This document shows positions 29,733-39,589 of a DNA stretch of 64,000 nt, one piece after another. The position numbers and the translations under genes are program-made. The DNA lies in NCBI GenBank assembly GCA_021772635.1, contig JAJFLP010000076.1, forward strand, positions 1,654 to 65,653, given 5' to 3'. Origin of the DNA: Verrucomicrobiota bacterium (GTDB lineage: Bacteria > Verrucomicrobiota > Lentisphaeria > JABSQK01 > JAJFLO01). The notes under the pieces were generated by a model. It was given only the letters and a program-made list of their open reading frames with translations. It did not search any database and was not told the DNA's origin. Position 1 is the first letter of the stretch. The number at the start of each line of letters is the position of its first letter.

Positions 29733-29985
29733 CCGAGTCTTGGGTTCAAGGTTCAACGGTTCAAGGGCGTTAATCTGACAAATTGATGCATAGATCAGGC
29801 TAGCCTGAATTTTCCCCGCTTTTTTCTTTTGGTTCTCAAAACATGTCCAAGTCAGCAGCTTTCGCCCGCTGATTCTCTATTGGAATCGAGCAATCGATTT
29901 AACTCTTAACCCCTTGAACCTTGCCCGTCTCGCATAAATAAGATCCGCGTCAAGCGGGAGAGAGCGACGGCGGATACCGCGAACA

Positions 29986-30711
29986 ATGTCTACCGAACCT
30001 GATAACTCCCTAAAACAGTTTGCCCCGGACAGAGTCCTTATTTGCCCATCTATTCTCGCTGCGGACTTCGGAAATCTCGCCTCTGATATCAAAGTAGCGG
30101 AACTAGCGGGAGTCGATTTCTTCCATATTGATGTTATGGACGGGCATTTCGTCCCTAATATATCCCTGGGCCCCGGCATCGTCAACGCAATTCGGCCATC
30201 GACTGACTTGCCGTTTGACGTCCATCTAATGATCTCTCACCCGGCGAAGTTCATTGACGCTTTTGTCGCTGCCGGGGCCGATCATATCACAATCCATATC
30301 GAAGCGGAAGACCCGGTTGAGGAAGTGATCGGACAGATTCATTCACACGGGTGTTCAGCGGGACTATCCTTTCGTCCGGACACCGACCCGTCGAGAGTGC
30401 GCCCCTACCTCGACACTATCGATTTAGTTCTGGCGATGACGGTTGAGCCGGGATTCGGAGGACAGTCTTTTCGACACGATGTTGTCCCAAAGATCACGCA
30501 AGTTCGCGGATGGCTGGATGATATGGAGAGGGACATACACCTCCAGATAGACGGTGGTGTAAACAACGAGACGGCAATCGTCGCATTACATGCCGGCGCC
30601 AATCTGTTCGTTGCCGGGACCACTATTTTCAAATCACCACTAGGCGTTAATGCCGCAACGAAGGCACTTCGTGACGCGCTAACATCGCAGGGCACGGTCG
30701 AAACCTCCTAA
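29986..30711 (+). CDS. rpe: Ribulose-phosphate 3-epimerase
   Basis: PSILAADF, HIDVMDGHFVPN, DVHLMI, MTVEPGFGGQ, IDGGV. Confidence 0.97.
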   Translation: MSTEPDNSLKQFAPDRVLICPSILAADFGNLASDIKVAELAGVDFFHIDVMDGHFVPNISLGPGIVNAIRPSTDLPFDVHLMISHPAKFIDAFVAAGADHITIHIEAEDPVEEVIGQIHSHGCSAGLSFRPDTDPSRVRPYLDTIDLVLAMTVEPGFGGQSFRHDVVPKITQVRGWLDDMERDIHLQIDGGVNNETAIVALHAGANLFVAGTTIFKSPLGVNAATKALRDALTSQGTVETS

Positions 30712-30760
30712 GATCACGGTTCCCTCCAAGCAAGGACGATCACCGCGACCCCGGATCAGG

Positions 30761-31696
30761 TCATACCATCGAGGCGGTTTCTGGCACCTCGTTTGGAATA
30801 ACAGTCCGCCTATCGCCAAGTACTCTTAGGGCCAGTTCCTCGGCGCGATACGAACTGCGAACCAGGGGAGCACTCGCAACAGCTTTGAATCCCATCTCGG
30901 TTGCAAGCTCAGCCCAATAACTGAATTTTTCGGGTTCGACGTATCGTTGTAGCTGCCAATGGCTAAGTGATGGGGGTAAATATTGTCCGATAGTCAGTAT
31001 ATCGGCGCCAGCGTCACAGATATCGCGCATCGTCTGTTCAACTTCCGAATCTGTTTCCCCGAGCCCAACCATGATCCCGGATTTAACGGCAGTCCGCCCG
31101 TTAGCCAATTCCTTTGCCGTCTGGAGGACGTGCAACGATCGATCGTAACGACCGCCACTGCGCACCGGTGGCGTCAGTCGCTCGCATGTTTCCATGTTAT
31201 GATTAAACACAGTCGGGACCTGATTCATTACCAGCTCTATAAGATGTTTTTTCCCTTTGAAATCCGGGGTGAGTACTTCTATGCCGGCAGCCGGCAGCCG
31301 GCTACGTAACGCTGATATCGTCGCGACGAAGTGATTCGCGCCCTTGTCGGGAAGGTCATCCCGGTTTACGCTCGTCACAACCACATACTTCAGGTTCAAA
31401 CGTTCGGCGGAATCCGCTACCCGTTCCGGCTCGTCGTTATCAACTGGTTCTGGCTTAAACGAATGGATTGCGCAAAAACTACAGGCCCGCGTACAACGGT
31501 TGCCTAGCACCATGAATGTCGCGGAGCCGCTATGCCAGCACTCAGCAATATTCGGACACTTTGCACTCTGACACACGGTGTTTAGCCGAAGATCCTGGAC
31601 GAGACTTGAAACATTATCCCGGTTTTTCCCCGCGTGAACCTTTACGCGAATCCACGGTGGAAGCCGCTTCTGATTGTCGGGGGTGTGCTCACCCAC
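30761..31696 (-). CDS. lipA: Lipoyl synthase
   Basis: CQSAKCPNIAEC, CTRACSFC, RSSY. Confidence 0.97.
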   Translation of the reverse strand: MGEHTPDNQKRLPPWIRVKVHAGKNRDNVSSLVQDLRLNTVCQSAKCPNIAECWHSGSATFMVLGNRCTRACSFCAIHSFKPEPVDNDEPERVADSAERLNLKYVVVTSVNRDDLPDKGANHFVATISALRSRLPAAGIEVLTPDFKGKKHLIELVMNQVPTVFNHNMETCERLTPPVRSGGRYDRSLHVLQTAKELANGRTAVKSGIMVGLGETDSEVEQTMRDICDAGADILTIGQYLPPSLSHWQLQRYVEPEKFSYWAELATEMGFKAVASAPLVRSSYRAEELALRVLGDRRTVIPNEVPETASMV

Positions 31697-31895
31697 GGTA
31701 ATTCTCCATACTAATGTCGTGTAATTTTAGATATACTGCCCACGATCTCTCTCTCCGTACTAGCGGAGTCTCGGTAATCCGGACCGTATTCTCGGAGTCC
31801 GCTCGTGCGGACTGCATAAGCGCGAGTCTCGGACATTCTGAATCGGGATTGGACAACAAGCAGTACGATTTTTCGATGGCTTCGAATTAATCAGG

Positions 31896-32077
31896 CTAAC
31901 CTGAATAATTCATCAGTATTCTGCTACAAACGCTAATCTCTGCTCAAATAAGCCGATTAGCTCAACTTTACATCTCAGTGAATGAATATTCACTTTCGTC
32001 GTCATGTTTTCTCTAATCGATTTATTATGAGCGAGTTAAGCGCTCTCGCGACGAATCGCATGAATTAATCAGGCTAA
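31896..32077. mobile_element. Divergent family-A-like MITE
   Basis: ctaacctgaataattcat ... atgaattaatcaggctaa inverted ends; another aattaatcaggcta end immediately upstream. Confidence 0.5.
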
Positions 32078-32235
32078 GACTAGTGTACTGAAAATATCCC
32101 TCGGAATCTCTTACACAATCAAATATCTTAAGTCGCCGCTCTCTTTTTGCACAGGCAGTCCCGACTACCCGTCCCGGATAAGTGTGGATCCCGTCAGTAC
32201 GGGGACACTTATGCGGAGAACCCGTCCATGCTGAC

Positions 32236-33084
32236 CTAAGAGTTGGACCGCGCGCAATCTTCCAGTGTTACCCCGGCAATCGCAATCTTTGCGTCGTTTA
32301 GTGCTTCAATGACAAGTTCTTTATCCAGTAGCAGCGTTTTCCGCGCCTGCACCACAAGCGCCGCCGCGCGCGCCGTAATCAACGAATCGACCGTGCGAAT
32401 GCCAATACACGGAACATCGAATCGCGTATCCTGTTGGGGCTTTGCTAATTTTACCACTATAACGCGCCCGCGCCCCAATTTACCACCGCGAATGATGGCC
32501 TCATCTGTACCCTCGAATCCCTCAACAGCCAGAACTGTTCCATCTTTGACAACGACGGATTGACCGATATCGAGACGAGCAATCTCGTTGCAAATGCGCT
32601 TCCCGTAGGCAACATCGGCGAGATGCTTTTCCTTGAGTTTAATTTTACCCATCACACCATCATCGGCGAGATGTTCACCGAGAAAAGTTGTTGCCGGGAG
32701 GATGGTTATCTGATCCTTCTCGAACTCCGCCGCGACCGCCGAGAAAATCGAACCTGCGTTCTTGAGCTTCAACATGGCCAGTAATTTAAGTGTACGAAAA
32801 TCCGGGCGTATCCCGGTAAATAATCTCTCGGGCTTAATCTGGCCGGCAAGTATTACATGCTCAATTTGCGCCTCCTTAAACGTTTTTATAGCACTGTCAA
32901 GCTGACCGGGATACAACCATGTCAATTGATCCGCATAGCGCTCTAAGGACGAGTCCGCATCGCCTCGAATTCCAACCACTGACAGGTATTTCACTCCGTG
33001 CTTTCGCGCTGACTCAGCGGTCAGTAAAGGATACCTACCGCGGCCGGCGATAAGTCCGACCCGCTCATATGTAGAATTACTCAT
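32236..33084 (-). CDS. lpxI: UDP-2,3-diacylglucosamine pyrophosphatase LpxI
   Basis: GLIAGRGRYP, DIGQSVVV, AVEGFEGTD, KPQQDTRFDVPCIG. Confidence 0.92.
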   Translation of the reverse strand: MSNSTYERVGLIAGRGRYPLLTAESARKHGVKYLSVVGIRGDADSSLERYADQLTWLYPGQLDSAIKTFKEAQIEHVILAGQIKPERLFTGIRPDFRTLKLLAMLKLKNAGSIFSAVAAEFEKDQITILPATTFLGEHLADDGVMGKIKLKEKHLADVAYGKRICNEIARLDIGQSVVVKDGTVLAVEGFEGTDEAIIRGGKLGRGRVIVVKLAKPQQDTRFDVPCIGIRTVDSLITARAAALVVQARKTLLLDKELVIEALNDAKIAIAGVTLEDCARSNS

Positions 33085-33565
33085 ATATTTATATTAATAG
33101 GATTGAAATATATAAGGTGGATACTATTTTTGCGGTTACTCTTGGCTTAAATCATTGCGGAAGAAGAGAATTCGGCTAGGTTCATACTAATTGATTATCT
33201 TGGCGATCGACGAGAAGTAGACTGCAAGCAGTCCAAATTTTGGATGACATCAAACTAACGACGTAATAAGTCTCGAACGATATTCCGAAAACTCGAAGAT
33301 GTTCAGTATATTTAACTAACATGACACTGGACTGACCGATTCCAATTTAGGTTGGAGTATGTGCATGTTCGCTTCTCTATCCATGAGATGGTTCTACCAA
33401 CCGCCGATTGACAATGCAAGCCGCCCGACCGCGAATTAACATCGGCCAGTATCCCATCGTCTGCGTAAAGAAAACAGGTGAACGCCGAAAGTTTACAGAT
33501 ATATTTCGAACAATCAACTATAGTACTTGGTGAACTAGTTTTTGATAGAAGGGATTTAGAACATA

Positions 33566-33655
33566 ATGGGGAATTTGAAAAAGAAAAGAATAAAAAAAAT
33601 TGCTAAGCATAAACGCCGGAAACGAATCAAAGCAATGCGCCACAAGAATAAATAG
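33566..33655 (+). CDS. Small basic AURKAIP1/COX24-domain protein (bS22/mS38-like ribosomal protein), 29 aa
   Basis: MGNLKKKRIKKIAKHKRRKRIKAMRHKNK*; GAAGGGA upstream; too short for the ORF track. Confidence 0.85.
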   Translation: MGNLKKKRIKKIAKHKRRKRIKAMRHKNK

Positions 33656-34038
33656 ACCTTAGGCACTCTAATTTTCCGTCCGCATGGACGGCCCTCAACA
33701 TAACGTCCCGTATAAACGGGACACTTATGCGAAGGGAAACAACTTAGAATTTGGTCGGGCGAGAAATTCCGAACAATATTAGCCAGCGCAGTTCGTACTG
33801 GCCAGCAACATGTGGCCGCTAACTCGATCAGTATCTATACCGAAAATCATGGAGTTTTCGAAATATCGTTCGGAAATTCTTGGCTGATAAATTCGAAGCT
33901 ATCCACAAATTGTACTGCTTGCAGTATATTCCTAACCTACGAAACCAGTGTCCACCTGGACGGAGCCGGTGTATTCTCCGGCCGGATATTTAACGTTAGG
34001 CGGGCCTGCCCACGCACAGTACCGGGAGAAAACCGTCC

Positions 34039-35760
34039 ATGTTTCTCGGGATTAAACTACCGCCTTTCCTTGAATCTTGTTTGTACTTACTACTTACCCC
34101 GGCCGTATCAATCGCTACATCGCTCCCTGATGACTCTCATATAGTGTTTGACGATATGCCGTTGGCGTCCAGTGAAGCGTTGGAAGCGGACGCTTTAGCT
34201 AACTACACCTGGGGGTACTTTCTCTCGCTTGACTCGAGTTCTGAGCTCGAGCACGTCGTTGAGCGATACGTGACGTCGCTTGAATTAGACCCAGGCTCCG
34301 AATTCCTCGTCAAAGAATTACTTGACGCATGGGCGTTTACCGGCAGGCAATACGAGAATAAACAGATACTCTCACGACTATCTGAGTTGGCACGATCGCG
34401 CCCCGACGCAGTGAGTTTGAATTTAGTCGTCGCGAACGCCTATATCATGGATCATCAGTATGCTGTAGCTGAACAGTTATTGCTGGACCTATTCGCTCGG
34501 ACACGATGGACAGAGCCGTTCGTAATCAGAGAGCTCGTCATATGCTATATCGGTAGCAACAAAATAAAAAAGGCTCATAGGCTCCTACAGCAAGCGACAT
34601 CCCGAAAACGCTTTTCCGGCGAATTCGTTGTTGAGCACATCGCAGCAGTTTTTTATAATTCGCTTGGCAATACTGCCGAGTTTCGCGTGCCTGACAAAGA
34701 CAAGCTGAAATATCAGGAACTAGCCTACGAGCACGCGATAAAAGCAGCGGATTCGGCGAAGGCGAAACGAGTGATGGACAGCTACGGGGAGTTGATGGTT
34801 TTGACCGCGGTTCTATTACACGGAAATTACACGAGTAACGCGATATCCCTTCTCAGTCATTTACCAGAGTGGGGGTTGGAAACTGAAAAGTCCCGCGAAA
34901 TTCTGGCAGAATGCTATGAGAGCATAGGACGCCCGGCCGATGCCCTGGAGATTTGGCGGAAGTTGTCCGAAACGAATCCGTTCAATCCAAATTATCATAT
35001 CCGAATGGGATACCTTTTTAAGCACTTCCAGCGTCACCGGGATGCACTTCAGGAATATAAAATCGCTTACCAGTACCGGCCGACTCGGGAACTCGCATAT
35101 GAAATTGCCGTTCTTTATCTTAACCTTGATCACCCTGAAGAGGCGCTGCCGTATGCCCTGGAATCGCCCGCGGAGCGGTTAAGTTCCTGGCTGTTGCAAT
35201 CGTATGTCTACCAGAGTCTGGGGCAAGAAGAACGAGCTTTGGCAGCACTAGCAAATGCAAAAAATCTCGCGGTGATTCCCAACGAAAGCGACGCGGTACG
35301 AAGCAACTATTACCGAAGCGTCGCTACCCTAAGCCATTCCCTTAATAAAATTGACGACGCTGTGTCATCGCTTGAGAAAGCACTGGAACTTGAGCCTAAT
35401 GACCCGGAGATGAATAATTTCCTTGGGTACCTACTTGCTGAGGAAGATAAAGATCTCGCACGTGCCGAGACCCTGATAAGAACCGCGCTGAAATTCGATC
35501 CGGGAAACGTCGCGTACTTGGATAGTCTCGCGTGGGTATTCTTTAAGCAGGGAAAATTTCGTAAGGCCGCCATTTACATTGAGCAGGCGATCGCCCGGCA
35601 GAAGAACGAATTTGACAGTATCATATTCAATCATGCTGGCGATATTTTCCATGCCCTGGGAGACGACGTAAAGGCACAAAAGTACAGAACCGAGGCATTA
35701 AAATATAAGAATGACAGTCCCGATGGGCCATCGAAAGAAGTCGGGGAGCCTGCGCCATGA
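34039..35760 (+). CDS. Tetratricopeptide repeat protein
   Basis: NFLGYLLAE, AYLDSLAWVFFKQG, HAGDIF; N-terminal signal-like segment. Confidence 0.85.
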   Translation: MFLGIKLPPFLESCLYLLLTPAVSIATSLPDDSHIVFDDMPLASSEALEADALANYTWGYFLSLDSSSELEHVVERYVTSLELDPGSEFLVKELLDAWAFTGRQYENKQILSRLSELARSRPDAVSLNLVVANAYIMDHQYAVAEQLLLDLFARTRWTEPFVIRELVICYIGSNKIKKAHRLLQQATSRKRFSGEFVVEHIAAVFYNSLGNTAEFRVPDKDKLKYQELAYEHAIKAADSAKAKRVMDSYGELMVLTAVLLHGNYTSNAISLLSHLPEWGLETEKSREILAECYESIGRPADALEIWRKLSETNPFNPNYHIRMGYLFKHFQRHRDALQEYKIAYQYRPTRELAYEIAVLYLNLDHPEEALPYALESPAERLSSWLLQSYVYQSLGQEERALAALANAKNLAVIPNESDAVRSNYYRSVATLSHSLNKIDDAVSSLEKALELEPNDPEMNNFLGYLLAEEDKDLARAETLIRTALKFDPGNVAYLDSLAWVFFKQGKFRKAAIYIEQAIARQKNEFDSIIFNHAGDIFHALGDDVKAQKYRTEALKYKNDSPDGPSKEVGEPAP

Positions 35761-37214
35761 AATTCTTCAGAGACCTATCGATCCGGCATAAACTCATGAT
35801 TCTGATCATGACGACCAGTACGATTGTATTGGTTTTATCAACTATTTTCTTCTTTGTCCAAGATGTATTGAGCATTCGGCAGTCAATGGTGCAAGATTTG
35901 CAGTTTAAGGCGGACGTAATAGCTGCAAATAGTACGGCGGCCCTAAGTTTTTACGACCGAACCTCGGCCCAAGAGAACCTCGAGGCGCTTCGAGACGATC
36001 CGAACATCGTCTACGGCGCGGTTCTTGCAAAGGACGGTAGCGTTTTCGCTGAATACGCACAGCCCGGAAACAACCCCAAATCATTGCCGCATCTGCCTAT
36101 TTCTGATAAGGCTCAATTCGCAGATCAACATCTAGACCTGTCGAAAACAATCATTCTAGACGGCGAGCAGATCGGCGCGGTTTTTATACGATCGAATATG
36201 GACCAGATGTATTCTCGATTGAAAGGGCACATGAAGTCAACGGTTATCGTAGTCGCGATTTTACTATTGATCGCACTGGGGCTTTCATCAGTTTTGCAGC
36301 GGACAATTTCAACCAGCATTTTGAATCTCGTCGATACGATGGATATCGTTTCCAGAGAAAAAGATTATACGATTCGTGCGGAAAAACCTAGTAACGATGA
36401 GCTCGGTCTTCTGGTTGATGACTTCAATTCGATGCTTTATCAAATTCAGCAGCGTGATGAAGCACTGCAGCGCGGGCAAGATAAACTCGAAGATCGAGTC
36501 CGTGAGAGGACAGCGGAATTGAAGAAAGAAATTACGGAACGAAAACGCGGTGAGGCAAAGGTAAAAGCATCTCTGATGGAAAAAGAAGTACTGCTGAAAG
36601 AAATTCATCACCGGGTGAAGAATAACCTTCAGGTCATCTGCAGCCTGCTCAATATTCAATCCAGTTATATACAGGACAGCGATACCCGGGAGCTTTTCGA
36701 CGAAAGCCAGGATCGAGTTCGGACAATGGCACTGATTCACGAGAATTTGTATAAATCTAAAGATCTGACTCGCATCGATTTTTCGGAGTATATACGGAAT
36801 CTATCGGCACAATTATTCCGCTCGCACTCAATAAGCTCGGGAAACGTAAAATTGGACTTCGGCTTGTGCCCTGTCGTCCTGGATATCGAAACAGCGTTGC
36901 CTTGCGGTCTAATTCTAAACGAGTTGATAACGAACTCTCTAAAGTATGCATTCCCGGACGGTGCTGACGGGAAAATAGAGATAAAGTTCCAGAAAGCCGC
37001 CGATAATGGATACGCTCTGGTAGTCGGCGATAACGGTCGCGGTTTTCCGGAAGGAGTTGACTTTATGAAATCGCCGTCGCTCGGCTTGAAGTTGGTAAAT
37101 ACATTGGTTAAGCAACTGAAAGGGACTATTGTTATGAACGCAACTGCAGGTACGGAATTCAAAATAGAATTCTCTCATCTTAATTACAAAAACCGAATGA
37201 CTGTCGATGGATAA
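35757..37214 (+). CDS. Membrane sensor histidine kinase (periplasmic sensor, HAMP, HisKA_2)
   Basis: Two TM segments, NDELGLLVDDFN HAMP, EIHHRVKNNLQ, NELITNSLKYAF, DNGRG. Confidence 0.92.
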   Translation: MKFFRDLSIRHKLMILIMTTSTIVLVLSTIFFFVQDVLSIRQSMVQDLQFKADVIAANSTAALSFYDRTSAQENLEALRDDPNIVYGAVLAKDGSVFAEYAQPGNNPKSLPHLPISDKAQFADQHLDLSKTIILDGEQIGAVFIRSNMDQMYSRLKGHMKSTVIVVAILLLIALGLSSVLQRTISTSILNLVDTMDIVSREKDYTIRAEKPSNDELGLLVDDFNSMLYQIQQRDEALQRGQDKLEDRVRERTAELKKEITERKRGEAKVKASLMEKEVLLKEIHHRVKNNLQVICSLLNIQSSYIQDSDTRELFDESQDRVRTMALIHENLYKSKDLTRIDFSEYIRNLSAQLFRSHSISSGNVKLDFGLCPVVLDIETALPCGLILNELITNSLKYAFPDGADGKIEIKFQKAADNGYALVVGDNGRGFPEGVDFMKSPSLGLKLVNTLVKQLKGTIVMNATAGTEFKIEFSHLNYKNRMTVDG

Positions 37215-38763
37215 GAGACATAAAATTCTCATTGCTGAAGATGAATCCATCATCGCTATCGATTTGCAATGGCGTCTTGAGCAAAACGGGTTCGAGGTAG
37301 TCGGTGTCGTATCATCAGGTGACGCCGTTGTTGAGAAAGCTCTTGAGACGAAACCCGACCTAATTTTGATGGACATACTCTTGGAAGGTGACATGGATGG
37401 CGTGTCGGCAATGGAAGTCATCGGTGCGTCGATCGATGTCTCGGTTATATACCTCACTTCCTACTCCGACCAGAAAACCTTGCAACGTGCAAAGATCACG
37501 GAACCATCCGGATACATTCTCAAGCCGTTCGGAGACCGAGAGCTACTCGCAACAATAGAGATGGCACTGCACAAATACGCACTCGAACAAAAACTCAAAG
37601 GTAGTGAAAGATGGCTCAACACTACTCTTAAGGCGATCAGCGACGGTGTGATCTCAACGGACATTCACGATGACATTACGTTTATGAATCCAGTCGCGGA
37701 ATCACTCACCGGGCGGAAGCTTGACGATGTACGCAATTCAAAGGTCACAGCCCTACTTGAGATATATGAAGCGAATAGTTCAGAGCCAGTCAAGTTGGAT
37801 TTAACTGCGATCGCAAAGAATAAGGACAGCCCCAGTCCGCGTGCCTGCGTACTTCATTCCCGCGCAAAGGAAAATATTCTTATCCAGTTGAGCGCATCTC
37901 CGATCCACGATGACACGCGTGGGATTGTTGGCACCGTACTTGTGATCAGAGATATTTCGCGGCAAAAAAAAATAGAAGACGAATTACTCAGAGCCCAGAA
38001 GCTAGATTCTTTAGCTGTCCTCGCCGGGGGGATTGCACATGATTTCAATAATCTCCTGACGGGGATTCTAGGAAATATCAACCTTATCAGCTCAGAGATC
38101 AGTGAGGATGATGACTTATATCGGATGTTGATGGAGGCGGAGAATGCGTCGATGCGCGCGAAGACGCTAACTCACCAGTTGCTGACCTTTGCGAAAGGTG
38201 GAGCGCCAGTAAAAACGACTGGCCTGATTTCAGAGGTTATTTCTGAGGCAACCACTTTTGCGCTACGGGGGACAAAATTCGAATGCTCATTCGATTTCGA
38301 TCGCGATCTCTGTCCGGTGGATTTCGATGAAGGGCAAATGTATCAGGTAATCTACAACCTGGTTATCAACGCTGTCCAGGCAAAACCGAGAGACAATAAA
38401 ATAGGCGTCTCGGCGGCGAATATTGCGAGTCTGCCGAGCCATATTACCCATGAGCAAACGGCGGACAGTTTCGTAAAGATCAGGATTAGTGATACCGGCG
38501 CTGGTATAGATTCAAAACACGAGTCGAAAATTTTTGACCCCTATTTTACGACGAAAAAGGCAGGCAGCGGCCTCGGACTCGCTACAGCGTACTCCGTGAT
38601 AAAAAAACACGGCGGCTATATCACCGTCGACTCGAACGTGAACGTAGGAACATCGTTTTTCATATTTATGCCGGCGTCGAAGACTGAATACTGTCCGAAA
38701 CCCGGCAAAGACCACTCTCTCCATGAGGGATACGGCAAGATTTTGATGATGGACGACGATTAA
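37207..38763 (+). CDS. Hybrid kinase REC-PAS-HisKA-HATPase, truncated before its C-terminal REC
   Basis: ILIAEDE, LMDI, GIAHDFNN, FDPYFTTK, GSGLGL; ends at ILMMDDD*. Confidence 0.88.
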   Translation: MDKRHKILIAEDESIIAIDLQWRLEQNGFEVVGVVSSGDAVVEKALETKPDLILMDILLEGDMDGVSAMEVIGASIDVSVIYLTSYSDQKTLQRAKITEPSGYILKPFGDRELLATIEMALHKYALEQKLKGSERWLNTTLKAISDGVISTDIHDDITFMNPVAESLTGRKLDDVRNSKVTALLEIYEANSSEPVKLDLTAIAKNKDSPSPRACVLHSRAKENILIQLSASPIHDDTRGIVGTVLVIRDISRQKKIEDELLRAQKLDSLAVLAGGIAHDFNNLLTGILGNINLISSEISEDDDLYRMLMEAENASMRAKTLTHQLLTFAKGGAPVKTTGLISEVISEATTFALRGTKFECSFDFDRDLCPVDFDEGQMYQVIYNLVINAVQAKPRDNKIGVSAANIASLPSHITHEQTADSFVKIRISDTGAGIDSKHESKIFDPYFTTKKAGSGLGLATAYSVIKKHGGYITVDSNVNVGTSFFIFMPASKTEYCPKPGKDHSLHEGYGKILMMDDD

Positions 38764-39123
38764 ATCATCACAACGTTGGGCGAGAGAATGTTAGTGCGAT
38801 TGGGCTACTCCGTGATTATCTCGCCCGACGGTGACGACGCTATTGAGAAGTATCAAGAAGCGATGGACTCGGAATCGCCGGTGTCAGCGGCGATTCTAGA
38901 TCTAACTATCCCAGGCGGGCTCGGGGGCAAGGATACCATGTAGAAGCTGCGGGAAATCGATCCGGATGCGATTGGAATTGTAGTAAGCGGATATTCCAAC
39001 GATCATATCATATCCAACTATAGCGAGGTCGGATTCAAAGGGTTCATCCTCAAACCAATCCGAATAAAGGAACTTGGAGATATCCTTCACGAGGTGATGA
39101 AAAAGCAAGCTATCCTCTCGTGA
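38764..39123 (+). pseudogene. In-frame C-terminal receiver domain cut off by TAA 38761 and interrupted by TAG 38941
   Basis: Same frame reads IITTLGERML...AILDLTIPGGLGGKDTM*KLREIDP..VVSGYSND..FILKP to TGA at 39121. Confidence 0.85.
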
Positions 39124-39244
39124 AAATAAAACGAATTTCACCGCGGCGGGCGTTTTTTAGGACAAATGTCCACAACCACCGCAGTGACAACATGACCGGT
39201 TCCGGCGGCTGGGGACATCTGCCCTTCAGCTTGCAACCCAAGTA

Positions 39245-39527
39245 CTAGTGTAGCGTCCCACAAATAACTTGTCATTTGATTTCGCCTATTTCGTCGCTGA
39301 GCAAGGCAGTGATTTCGTGTGTGTACCCATAGGTATGTACTCCATGCGGGACTAACACCGCTCAGTGGCTAAAGAGGCGTAACCCCTTTCGGGCGAGCGT
39401 CTTTTGGCGTTCAGCAGACATTGGCGTGAAACGACGATGCGACAGCATCGCCTACTTCGTGCCAATGCACCTGAAACACCAATATACCTCTCGTCAAATA
39501 CAAGTTATTCATGGGACACCACACTAG
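39245..39527. mobile_element. Family-D MITE (283 bp), CTAG-bounded
   Basis: TIR ctagtgtagcgtcccacaaataacttgt / acaagttattcatgggacaccacactag. Confidence 0.8.
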
Positions 39528-39589
39528 CCTTAAATATTTGGGTAAAATCCCGACAGAAAAATCGCAATTCTAAAATCTGAAATCTGAAA

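Noticed and set aside
38761-38943. Stop-codon reassignment or pyrrolysine readthrough
   Set aside because: Two different stop codons are involved, and TAA/TAG terminate many intact genes in the window.
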